Of a stretch of 60,999 nt of DNA, positions 1 to 8,412 are shown piece after piece. Both the position numbers and the translations under genes were made by a program. Numbering within the stretch: the first letter of the stretch is position 1; each line of letters starts with the position of its first letter. The notes under the pieces are model-generated. The model made no database searches and was not told the origin of the DNA. It was given only the letters and a program-made list of their open reading frames with translations. Origin of the DNA: Gammaproteobacteria bacterium. Its GTDB lineage: Bacteria > Pseudomonadota > Gammaproteobacteria > GCA-001735895. The stretch covers positions 1 through 60,999 of the forward strand of contig JBNKPX010000006.1 of assembly GCA_050295575.1 (NCBI GenBank), read 5' to 3'.

Positions 1-1
1 C

Positions 2-1039
2 GAAAAGCAGTTTGGTAAAGGATCAGTGATGCGCATGGGCGACGGCATGATCGATCGCAATCTGGAAGCGATCTCAACCGGTTCTTTGTCGCTGGATATT
101 GCTCTAGGAGTAGGTGGTCTGCCCAAAGGTCGGGTGATCGAAATCTATGGCCCTGAATCCTCGGGTAAAACCACGCTGGCCTTACAGGTGCTGGCACAGT
201 GCCAGAAAAAAGGTGGTACAGCAGCATTTGTGGATGCGGAACACGCACTGGATCCACTATATGCCGAGAAGCTGGGTGTTGATATGGAAGAATTACTGGT
301 TTCTCAGCCAGATACGGGTGAGCAATCATTGGAAATCACCGATATGCTGGTTCGTTCCGGTGCAGTGGATGTGATCGTTGTCGACTCGGTGGCAGCATTG
401 ACACCAAAGGCTGAGATTGAAGGCGACATGGGGGATTCACATGTTGGCCTTCAGGCACGCTTGATGTCTCAGGCGTTGCGTAAGCTAACCGGCAGTATCA
501 AACGATCCAATTCTATGGTGATTTTTATCAACCAGATCCGTATGAAGATTGGTGTTATGTTTGGTAACCCCGAAACCACCACCGGTGGTAATGCACTAAA
601 ATTCTACTCTTCAGTGCGTCTGGATATCCGTCGTATCGGTGCGATTAAGAAAGGCGATGAAGTGGTGGGTAATGAAACCCGCGTCAAGGTGGTGAAGAAT
701 AAGGTGGCCCCCCCATTTAAACAGTGTGAATTTGAAATCCTGTATGGCGAAGGTACCTCACTAGAGGGTGAATTAATTGATCTCGGCGTTAAGCTGGGGT
801 TTGTTGACAAGGCTGGAGCCTGGTATAGCTATAAAGAAGAGCGTATTGGTCAGGGTAAGGATAATGTACGTAATTATCTCAAGGAACATCCTGAAATGGC
901 CGCCGACATCGAAGCACGTATCCGTGCTGAATTATTGCCAAAGAATAAAGACAAGGATGAGGTTCAGGATGAAGTCAAAGATGAAATGAAGGCTGAAGGC
1001 AAAAAAAAGAAGGCAAAAGCAGATCTTATTGAGAGTTAA
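2..1039 (+). CDS. recA: Recombinase RecA (5' end lies upstream of the window)
   Basis: The frame is open from base 2 ([13 protein letters not shown]). It has Walker [10 protein letters not shown] and the RecA motifs GGNALKFY and [12 protein letters not shown]. Confidence 0.99.
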   Translation, partial: EKQFGKGSVMRMGDGMIDRNLEAISTGSLSLDIALGVGGLPKGRVIEIYGPESSGKTTLALQVLAQCQKKGGTAAFVDAEHALDPLYAEKLGVDMEELLVSQPDTGEQSLEITDMLVRSGAVDVIVVDSVAALTPKAEIEGDMGDSHVGLQARLMSQALRKLTGSIKRSNSMVIFINQIRMKIGVMFGNPETTTGGNALKFYSSVRLDIRRIGAIKKGDEVVGNETRVKVVKNKVAPPFKQCEFEILYGEGTSLEGELIDLGVKLGFVDKAGAWYSYKEERIGQGKDNVRNYLKEHPEMAADIEARIRAELLPKNKDKDEVQDEVKDEMKAEGKKKKAKADLIES

Positions 1040-1042
1040 GCC

Positions 1043-1480
1043 TTGAATGTTGTACGTAGCGCTCGCAATACCGCGATGGATTTACTATCGCGGCGCGAGC
1101 ACTCGCGAAGTGAACTGGCACAGAAGCTCAGGCAGCGCGACTTCGATAATGATGAAATTGAGCAGGCGCTGCAGCAGTTACAGCTGGAAAATCTGCAAAG
1201 TGATGAGCGCTATGCAGAAAGCTATGTATATCAACGTGCACAAAAGGGCTTTGGTCCATTACGCATACAGCATGAGTTAGCTCAGCGTGGTATCTCAGAA
1301 AATCTACTAGCACAGGTCATGTCCGGCTACAGTGATAGCTGGACCGAGCGCATGCAGGAGCAGCGTATCAAGAAATTTGGCACTAATATCCCCGAAGATT
1401 ATGCAGAAAAGATGAAACAGGCGCGTTTTTTGCAAAATAGGGGTTTTTCTCCAGAGTCAGTCATGCGATTATTCCGCTGA
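1043..1480 (+). CDS. recX: Regulatory protein RecX
   Basis: Directly follows recA. Motifs AMDLLSRREHSRSEL, GFGPLRIQHELAQRGI and RFLQNRGFS. Confidence 0.95.
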   Translation: MNVVRSARNTAMDLLSRREHSRSELAQKLRQRDFDNDEIEQALQQLQLENLQSDERYAESYVYQRAQKGFGPLRIQHELAQRGISENLLAQVMSGYSDSWTERMQEQRIKKFGTNIPEDYAEKMKQARFLQNRGFSPESVMRLFR

Positions 1481-1646
1481 TATGGAATTTACCCCCTGTT
1501 GAGAAAGTCAGTGCAGAAAATACGCGAGTAGACCATGCTCGAGTGCTTTCTCTTTAATGCATATTTATACAGGGTCCCATTCAAATTCAGTTTATAAGCC
1601 GCTTTTGGCTTGAAAATATCATCAATAATCAGGTTTGACAGTATTA

Positions 1647-4277
1647 ATGACTACCAGCGCAGAATTACGAGAACAGTTCCTGACTTTCTTTAAAGAAAGA
1701 GGTCATGAAGTAGTGGCATCCAGCTCACTGGTGCCTGGCAATGATCCCACCCTGTTGTTTACCAATGCCGGTATGGTGCAGTTTAAGGATGTTTTTCTGG
1801 GTAAGGATTTACGTGACTATACGCGTGCAACCACGTCGCAGCGCTGTGTACGTGCAGGCGGGAAGCATAATGATCTGGAAAATGTCGGTTACACCGCGCG
1901 TCATCACACCTTTTTTGAAATGCTGGGTAACTTCAGTTTTGGCGATTACTTCAAGCGTGAAGCCATTCAATTTGCCTGGGAGTTTTTGACCAGGGTGGTC
2001 GGGCTTCCGGCAGAAAAGCTATGGGTTACCGTCTACGAAGATGATGACGAAGCCGCTGATATCTGGCTGAAGGAAATGAATGTTGATCCTGCTCGTTTTG
2101 GCCGCATCGGAGACAAGCCGGGCGGGAAAAAGAACGAAAGCGATAATTTCTGGTCGATGGGTGACACCGGCCCCTGTGGTCCCTGTAGTGAAATCTTTTA
2201 TGACCATGGTGATCATATCTGGGGTGGCCCTCCAGGCTCGCCAGAGGAAGATGGAGATCGCTACATAGAGATCTGGAATCTGGTATTCATGCAATACGAC
2301 CGCGATGCCAGTGGTACCTTGACACCTTTACCCAAGCCTTCGGTAGATACCGGTATGGGGCTGGAGCGTCTGGCAGCAATCTTACAGAATGTGCATAGCA
2401 ACTATGAGATCGACCTGTTTCAGGCCTTGATCAAAGCCGCCGCTAAATATACCTCGGTTACTGACCTGGAAAACAAATCACTACGTGTTATTGCCGATCA
2501 TATCCGCTCCTGTGCCTTCATGATTGTGGATGGTATTTTGCCTTCCAATGAAGGTCGTGGTTATGTGCTGCGTCGTATTATTCGACGTGCCTCGCGTCAC
2601 GGGCATCAACTGGGTTGTAATGAACCTTTTTTCTACCGCCTGGTAGAAGATCTGGTTGAACAAATGGGTGAAGCCTATCCAGAGCTGGTTAAAAACAGTG
2701 AGCATGTAGCCAATGTGCTACTCAAGGAAGAACAGCGTTTTGCCGAAACGTTGGAGAATGGAATGAAAATCCTGCAGCAATCTATCGATAGTATGCAGGG
2801 CAAGGTGATTGATGGTGAAACTGTTTTCAAGTTATACGATACCTATGGGTTTCCGGTAGACCTGACTGCCGATGTCGCGCGTGAACAGCAGCTGGAAATT
2901 GATCATGAAGGCTTTGAAAAGGCCATGGCACAGCAGAAAGATCGAGCTCGCTCACACAGCCAGTTTGCAGCGGGCGACAATGTGATTCAACTGCAGGATG
3001 TGCAGAAAACTGAATTCAAGGGATATGAGTCACTGGCCGAAGATTGTCAGGTCATTAGTATTCTTAAGGATGGTGATGAAGTCGACGAGCTTAATGCTGG
3101 CGAAGAAGCGATCATTATCCTGAATCACACCCCGTTCTACGGAGAGTCAGGTGGTCAGGTTGGTGATACAGGTGAGCTGCTAGCGGGTGATAACCGTTTT
3201 CTGGTGAATGATACTCAAAAGCAGAGTGATGTGTTTTTACATATCGGCAAGCTTGAGGCTGGCTCAATCAAGGTTGGCGATAAGATATATGCGCACGTGA
3301 ATGAGCAACGTCGGCAGGCGATTAAGCTAAATCATTCAGCTACCCATTTAATGCATGAAGCCCTGCGAACCGTACTGGGTGATCACGTGCAGCAAAAAGG
3401 ATCCCTGGTGGACAATGAAAAACTGCGTTTTGACTTTTCTCATTTTCAACCCGTGACGGCTACTGAAATTCGTCAGATCGAAGGTCTGGTGAATGATGAA
3501 ATCAGAATGAATCTGGAAACAACGGCTCGACTGATGTCTATAGACGATGCCAAAGAAACCGGCGCCATGATGCTGTTTGGTGAAAAATATGGCAGCACGG
3601 TTCGTGTACTGAGTATAGGCTCAGATTCGGTCGAGCTATGTGGAGGCACCCACGTTGAGCGCGCAGGCGATATTGGTCTGTTTAAAATCGTTCTGGAAAC
3701 CGGTGTAGCTGCCGGTGTACGTCGTATCGAAGCGCTCACCGGTGAAGCCGCAATGCAGCGCTTTTATGATGATGAGGACAGGCTTGATCAATTGGCTTCT
3801 CTGGTCAAGGCAGGTCGTGACGATGTGATGCATAAGGTTGAGCAACTGCAACAAAGCCAGCGCAAGCTGGAGAAAGAACTGGAACAGTTAAAATCAAAAA
3901 TGGCCTCTCAGGCCGGTGGTGATCTGGCTTCACAGGCCGTCGAGATTGATGGCATCAAGGTGCTTGCTGCTAAGCTCGAGGGGGCTGATGTTAAAACATT
4001 GCGCGATACGGTTGATCAGCTTAAGAATAAACTGGGTCAGGCGATAGTGGTTCTCGCATCTTCGGATGAGGGCAAGGTGTCTATCATTGCAGGAGTCAGC
4101 AAAGCTGAAACAGCCAAAATACGTGCAGGTGACGTGGTGAATATGGTTGCGCAACAGTGTGGAGGTAAGGGCGGAGGACGTCCAGATATGGCGCAGGCCG
4201 GTGGCAATCAGCCTGAAAATCTGTCCGCAGCGCTGAATTCTGTATCTGAATGGGTAAAAGAACAATTATCTGGCTGA
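1647..4277 (+). CDS. alaS: Alanine--tRNA ligase (ATG 1647 preferred over TTG 1635)
   Basis: Motifs [15 protein letters not shown] and [18 protein letters not shown], editing-domain NHSATHL and ELCGGTH, C-terminal [14 protein letters not shown]. Confidence 0.99.
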   Translation: MTTSAELREQFLTFFKERGHEVVASSSLVPGNDPTLLFTNAGMVQFKDVFLGKDLRDYTRATTSQRCVRAGGKHNDLENVGYTARHHTFFEMLGNFSFGDYFKREAIQFAWEFLTRVVGLPAEKLWVTVYEDDDEAADIWLKEMNVDPARFGRIGDKPGGKKNESDNFWSMGDTGPCGPCSEIFYDHGDHIWGGPPGSPEEDGDRYIEIWNLVFMQYDRDASGTLTPLPKPSVDTGMGLERLAAILQNVHSNYEIDLFQALIKAAAKYTSVTDLENKSLRVIADHIRSCAFMIVDGILPSNEGRGYVLRRIIRRASRHGHQLGCNEPFFYRLVEDLVEQMGEAYPELVKNSEHVANVLLKEEQRFAETLENGMKILQQSIDSMQGKVIDGETVFKLYDTYGFPVDLTADVAREQQLEIDHEGFEKAMAQQKDRARSHSQFAAGDNVIQLQDVQKTEFKGYESLAEDCQVISILKDGDEVDELNAGEEAIIILNHTPFYGESGGQVGDTGELLAGDNRFLVNDTQKQSDVFLHIGKLEAGSIKVGDKIYAHVNEQRRQAIKLNHSATHLMHEALRTVLGDHVQQKGSLVDNEKLRFDFSHFQPVTATEIRQIEGLVNDEIRMNLETTARLMSIDDAKETGAMMLFGEKYGSTVRVLSIGSDSVELCGGTHVERAGDIGLFKIVLETGVAAGVRRIEALTGEAAMQRFYDDEDRLDQLASLVKAGRDDVMHKVEQLQQSQRKLEKELEQLKSKMASQAGGDLASQAVEIDGIKVLAAKLEGADVKTLRDTVDQLKNKLGQAIVVLASSDEGKVSIIAGVSKAETAKIRAGDVVNMVAQQCGGKGGGRPDMAQAGGNQPENLSAALNSVSEWVKEQLSG

Positions 4278-4294
4278 TTTTTATCAGATATTTC

Positions 4295-4323
4295 GTGACT
4301 TGATGCGTAGTGATCTCTATAAT
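4295..4323 (+). promoter_or_regulatory. Putative sigma70 promoter for the aspartate kinase gene
   Basis: GTGACT, 17 bp spacer, TATAAT, ending 44 bp before the ATG at 4368. Confidence 0.45.
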
Positions 4324-4367
4324 CCCCGACCCAATTTCGGGATAATCGATTTCCTTCAGATTTAGTA

Positions 4368-5609
4368 ATGGCACTTTTAGTTCAGAAATATGGTGGCACT
4401 TCGGTGGGTTCTGTCGAACGCATTGAAGCGGTTGCCGATAAAGTCATTGGTTATAAAAACCAGGGCAACGACATGGTTGTCGTGGTTTCTGCTATGAGTG
4501 GTGAAACAAATCGCCTGACCGATCTGGCCAAACAGATAAACCCTTCTATCCGCGGACGCGAGCTTGATGTACTACTTACCACGGGTGAGCAGGTAACAAT
4601 CGCTCTACTTAGTATGGCGATTGAAAAAAGAGGGTATGCGGCCAAGTCGTATACCGGAGCACAGGTTAAGATTGTTACCGATGCTGCGCACAATAAAGCA
4701 CGTATTCAGTCTATAGATGCTGGCAATATTAAACAGGATCTTGCCGAGGGAAAAATAATTGTCGTAGCCGGATTTCAGGGTGTTGATGAAAATGGCAATA
4801 TCACGACTCTGGGGCGTGGTGGTTCTGATACCACGGGTGTTGCATTGGCGGCGGCATTAAAGGCTGATGAGTGCCAGATTTTTACCGATGTAGATGGTGT
4901 TTATACCACGGATCCTCGTATGGTATCTGATGCACGTCGGCTGAATAAAATCACCTTTGAAGAAATGCTTGAAATGGCAAGTCTGGGATCCAAGGTATTG
5001 CAGATTAGAGCGGTTGAATTCGCAGGCAAATACGAAGTACCTTTACGCGTTTTATCCTCTTTTGAAGAGGGGGATGGAACTCTGATTACATCTGAAACAA
5101 AAGAGGATGATACTGTGGAACAGGCAGTAATTTCTGGAATTGCTTTTAATCGTGATGAAGCGCAGTTAACCATTAATGGTGTACCGGATACTCCCGGGAT
5201 AGCTTTTCAAATTTTAGGGCCAATCTCGGATGCTAATATCGAAGTCGATATGATTCTTCAGAATATAGGTGCAGACGGAACTACCGACTTTACCTTTACT
5301 GTTCATCGTAATGATTATGAAGTGGCACTGGAAATCTTGAAAAAGACTTCAGACACACTTGGTGCCAGAGAGGTCTGTGGCAACAACAAAATTGTAAAGC
5401 TTTCGATCGTTGGCGTTGGCATGCGCTCACATGCTGGTATAGCTAGTAAGATGTTTGAAGTACTGGCCAAAGAAGGGATTAATATTATTATGATTGGAAC
5501 CTCAGAAATTAAGATTTCTGTTGTTGTAGATGAAAAGTACCTGGAGCTTGGAGTTCGTGCATTACACGATGGATTTGGCCTGGCAAATACCATCGAAGAA
5601 ACAATTTAG
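4368..5609 (+). CDS. lysC: Aspartate kinase
   Basis: Motifs VQKYGGTSVG, TTLGRGGSDTT and DVDGVYTTDPR, two C-terminal ACT domains, and the conserved alaS-lysC-csrA order. Confidence 0.96.
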   Translation: MALLVQKYGGTSVGSVERIEAVADKVIGYKNQGNDMVVVVSAMSGETNRLTDLAKQINPSIRGRELDVLLTTGEQVTIALLSMAIEKRGYAAKSYTGAQVKIVTDAAHNKARIQSIDAGNIKQDLAEGKIIVVAGFQGVDENGNITTLGRGGSDTTGVALAAALKADECQIFTDVDGVYTTDPRMVSDARRLNKITFEEMLEMASLGSKVLQIRAVEFAGKYEVPLRVLSSFEEGDGTLITSETKEDDTVEQAVISGIAFNRDEAQLTINGVPDTPGIAFQILGPISDANIEVDMILQNIGADGTTDFTFTVHRNDYEVALEILKKTSDTLGAREVCGNNKIVKLSIVGVGMRSHAGIASKMFEVLAKEGINIIMIGTSEIKISVVVDEKYLELGVRALHDGFGLANTIEETI

Positions 5610-5786
5610 TCTTGATACAGTGACGCAGTAAACATATCTGGAGATATGTAACTGTTTGGGGTAGCTCTACCTGTAAATGTCGGGTAGAATTCGAGCCTTC
5701 GGACGTCGTTGAAATTTGGATATATAATAAGACAGGTATTGTTCGGAAAACCTGCATTTATGATTGACTTATTTAGGAGATGAAAA

Positions 5787-5987
5787 ATGCTTATATTAAC
5801 AAGGCGAGTAGGTGAGACCTTAATGATCGGTGATGAAGTTACAGTAACCGTTCTCGGCGTTAAGGGAAATCAAGTGCGTATTGGTGTAAATGCCCCACGT
5901 GAAGTGGCCGTACATCGTGAAGAAATTTATGACCGAATCAAAGCGGAGCAGGAGCAGGACCCTGACAGCCTCGGTAATAGTTATTAA
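5787..5987 (+). CDS. csrA: Carbon storage regulator CsrA/RsmA
   Basis: [16 protein letters not shown]...VRIGVNAP...VHREEIY, with RBS AGGAG upstream. Confidence 0.99.
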   Translation: MLILTRRVGETLMIGDEVTVTVLGVKGNQVRIGVNAPREVAVHREEIYDRIKAEQEQDPDSLGNSY

Positions 5988-6003
5988 GAAGTTTTAGAAA
6001 TAC

Positions 6004-6094
6004 GGAGAGCTGGCCGAGTGGCTGAAGGCGCGCCCCTGCTAAGGGCGTATACGTTAATAGCGTATCGAGGGTTCGAATCCCTCGCTCTCCGCCA
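6004..6094 (+). tRNA. tRNA-Ser (anticodon GCT)
   Basis: Acceptor stem GGAGAGC/GCTCTCC-G-CCA, anticodon arm CGCCC-CTGCTAA-GGGCG, long variable arm, T-loop GGTTCGAATCC. Confidence 0.98.
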
Positions 6095-6099
6095 TAATC

Positions 6100-6126
6100 A
6101 AACCCCGCAATTGCGGGGTTTTTTTT
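6100..6126 (+). terminator. Rho-independent terminator after tRNA-Ser
   Basis: AAACCCCGC-AATT-GCGGGGTTT hairpin running into a T-tract. Confidence 0.9.
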
Positions 6127-6182
6127 GGCCTGAGGCAACTGCATTGTTCTATCTTCGCTCATCCCTGAGCTGGTACTACCGA

Positions 6183-6273
6183 CGTCCATGCATCCGCTAA
6201 ATAACAGCATCCATGCTGAAAACGCTCCTATGCGTCCATGCATCCGCTAAATAACAGCGTCCATGCTGAAAAC
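6183..6273. repeat. Two 41-bp direct repeats (50-bp period, 1 mismatch) that form GGA-loop hairpins on the minus strand
   Basis: CGTCCATGCATCCGCTAAATAACAGCRTCCATGCTGAAAAC at 6183-6223 and 6233-6273. Confidence 0.95.
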
Positions 6274-6328
6274 CCAGCAAGTGAATCTCGCTAAGAGTCG
6301 AATTGCACATTTGAGGCTGTGTATCTCG

Positions 6329-6422
6329 TTGCCTATAGGGACATAGGTAAGGGGCGTGAGCAGGACGCGGAAGCCTTGCCTATAGGGACATAGGTAAGGG
6401 GCGTGAGCAGGACGCGGCAGCT
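6329..6422. repeat. Two tandem 47-bp repeats (2 mismatches) that form GGA-loop hairpins on the plus strand
   Basis: TTGCCTATAGGGACATAGGTAAGGGGCGTGAGCAGGACGCGG(A/C)AGC(C/T) at 6329-6375 and 6376-6422. Confidence 0.95.
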
Positions 6423-6595
6423 TTGTAACTCCTTGACCTGAACCACCTCAAGCGCGCTACACTCGTCCAACCGCGGAATCCAGAGGAGTATTAGATAACA
6501 GCATGCTATGTAGATTAAGCTATCTGTATAGATGAGGTGTTTTTCTAACCAGTTAAACGGGGGCAGAGTAATAAGGATTGGTGCCAGAAGAAAGC

Positions 6596-7441
6596 TCAGT
6601 ATAGCTGAAAGCTTAATAACCCGGGTGGCTGCAGGTTGGAATACATGCTTAGACCGCAGGAAATATGGCCGCGATGGCTGAGCTCAATTTTTTCATGTGA
6701 TAAAAATATTTCACGGTCATCCGTGTAAATGTAGCTACCGTTTGAGCTATGGTCTTCAAAATAAATAGTATTGTAGTTTAGCTGGATAGTGGCATGGTTG
6801 CGTGATATTTGATCGCTATCAATAAAGATATCTGAGTTGCCTGACCTGCCGATCTGGATAATGGTATTGCGAGATGAGCGGAATAGCTTGGTTTGCTCAT
6901 CAAACTTAATCCTGAAGGTCATTTCACATGCCTTAGCCTTTGTAATATCTTCATCATCATCTAAAGCAATGCTGATCGAATTATCCTCGTCACCACGTAA
7001 AAAATAGTTTACGTCAGGGTTGCTGGAGATGTATTGCTCTACCAGATCAGCATCAACTCGGCTCAGCAGCATTTCATTCTTACGTGATGCGAAAGATAGT
7101 TTGGTGGCAAAATTCACAGCTTCACCGTAAATTTGGTCCTGGTGAATAAAGTAATCACCCATACACAGGCTCGATTTTATGCAGATACTATTGCCATTGC
7201 AGGGTTTGTCCTTGCGGGATGTGATGCGCAGTATAGAGATTAAAAAGTCTAGCGCCTGATATAGGTTTTCGAAGGTTAAGATCGATTCGTCAAAAATATC
7301 AATGTGGTTGAGCGGTGTGATCTGCGACCTTTCTTTTGCTGCTCGAAAGATACTTTTACGTAATTCAATATATTCTGATGTTTCGTCAAAAGGTGAAAAG
7401 CTAATTGTCGAAACGATTCCGTTTTGTTGTTGTATGTTCAT
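6596..7441 (-). CDS. FHA-domain protein with an N-terminal degenerate class III nucleotidyl cyclase domain
   Basis: C-terminal FHA motifs IGRS, QISRNHATI and DHSSNGSYI. N-terminal cyclase-like segment IYGEAVNFATKL...NEMLLS. Confidence 0.8.
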   Translation of the reverse strand: MNIQQQNGIVSTISFSPFDETSEYIELRKSIFRAAKERSQITPLNHIDIFDESILTFENLYQALDFLISILRITSRKDKPCNGNSICIKSSLCMGDYFIHQDQIYGEAVNFATKLSFASRKNEMLLSRVDADLVEQYISSNPDVNYFLRGDEDNSISIALDDDEDITKAKACEMTFRIKFDEQTKLFRSSRNTIIQIGRSGNSDIFIDSDQISRNHATIQLNYNTIYFEDHSSNGSYIYTDDREIFLSHEKIELSHRGHISCGLSMYSNLQPPGLLSFQLY

Positions 7442-7469
7442 ATCCTGCTTGCCACTCTTATCATTTTTA

Positions 7470-8057
7470 TTAGCTGCTTTTTAACAGTAAAGGAATAGTT
7501 GAAAAGTTGTTTTTAATTTCTGTAACAATATCGGAGTTAGCCTGTTTAACAAATAAGGAGGTATTGTGGTTCATCTTATTTCCACGGTAGGCTGCGAAAT
7601 TCTTTTGAAAATCTACGATCTGTTGATTGTCTCCGGTTAGCAGATACCAGTTAGGATTGTCGATACGATGCTGTTTTGCATAGTTTTTAAGCTCGGCTGG
7701 TGTATCGGTATCAGGATCAATGCTGATCATAGCTATGATGGTGTCTTCTGGCAGATGGGGTTGTATGCTCTTAAGGCTTAGAGTAGTGGTGGTGCATATG
7801 GTTACACAATGTGTAAAGAAGAAGGCAAAAACGACATTTTTGTCAGTATTAAACAATGAGTCGAGAACTACTGCTTCGTTGTTCTGGTCAATTAGACTGA
7901 TATTCGGGAAGCTATAGCGAAATTTGCTGGCAGGGGAGGGGGTGGCGGATACAAAGACCAGGTTGTTCCCTGTGGTAACCAGGCTGCTCAGATCGAAAGC
8001 GGCAAGATTAAAGCAAAATGAGACCAGCAAGGTCGATAAAAGAATTTTATCTCTCAT
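7470..8057 (-). CDS. SCO1/SenC-family copper chaperone, exported
   Basis: Signal peptide, FFFTHCVTIC (CxxxC), ISIDPDTDTP and WYLLTG, and a distal His in NKMNHNT. Confidence 0.92.
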   Translation of the reverse strand: MRDKILLSTLLVSFCFNLAAFDLSSLVTTGNNLVFVSATPSPASKFRYSFPNISLIDQNNEAVVLDSLFNTDKNVVFAFFFTHCVTICTTTTLSLKSIQPHLPEDTIIAMISIDPDTDTPAELKNYAKQHRIDNPNWYLLTGDNQQIVDFQKNFAAYRGNKMNHNTSLFVKQANSDIVTEIKNNFSTIPLLLKSS

Positions 8058-8119
8058 ATGTGGCTCACCTCCCGAGAGCGATATTTAACGCAAAAATAAC
8101 GACAAGGATACGTCTGGAG

Positions 8120-8138
8120 CGTGAAAATTACGTGAAAA
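8120..8138. promoter_or_regulatory. Direct-repeat site (11-bp period), candidate OmpR/ColR-family binding box
   Basis: CGTGAAAA-TTA-CGTGAAAA in the divergent promoter region between sco and the 1855-aa gene. Confidence 0.45.
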
Positions 8139-8263
8139 ACCATGGGCTTAGGTGGACCTGGTTCACGAATTTGCAATAAAAAACCTGCAATTCCAAATGC
8201 ATTTATACCTACCTCTAACTGCGTAAATATCTACCCGGTATTACGCTTATACATTATTAGATA

Positions 8264-8280
8264 TGCGGCAGATTGTCGCA
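8264..8280. promoter_or_regulatory. Candidate RegA/PrrA(RoxR)-type box
   Basis: TGCGGC-AGATT-GTCGCA, an imperfect palindrome matching the GCGNC...GNCGC RegA/PrrA pattern. Confidence 0.5.
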
Positions 8281-8412
8281 CTAAAGCCTGTGTTCTACGT
8301 ATATCACCCCTTTACATTCCCTTCTATTATGACTTCCATCAAAAATTGTTTGGGCTGTGCGCCCTGATTTTGAATAGGCGATACAAGTGATGAATGTTAT
8401 GAGGATAACCTA

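Noticed and set aside
953-997. Imperfect 12-bp repeats in the recA 3' end ([15 protein letters not shown])
   Set aside because: Low-complexity variation in the naturally variable acidic RecA tail.
5938-6243. ORFs 5938-6243 (-) and 6018-6200 (+)
   Set aside because: They overlap the tRNA, terminator and repeats, so they are spurious translations.
6183-6422. Direct repeats as a CRISPR array
   Set aside because: There are only two copies of each of two unrelated units, the spacers are 9 and 0 bp, and there are no cas genes in the window.
8142-8390. 82-aa ORF in the sco/large-gene intergenic region
   Set aside because: It has no RBS or recognisable motif and spans the putative promoter sites.
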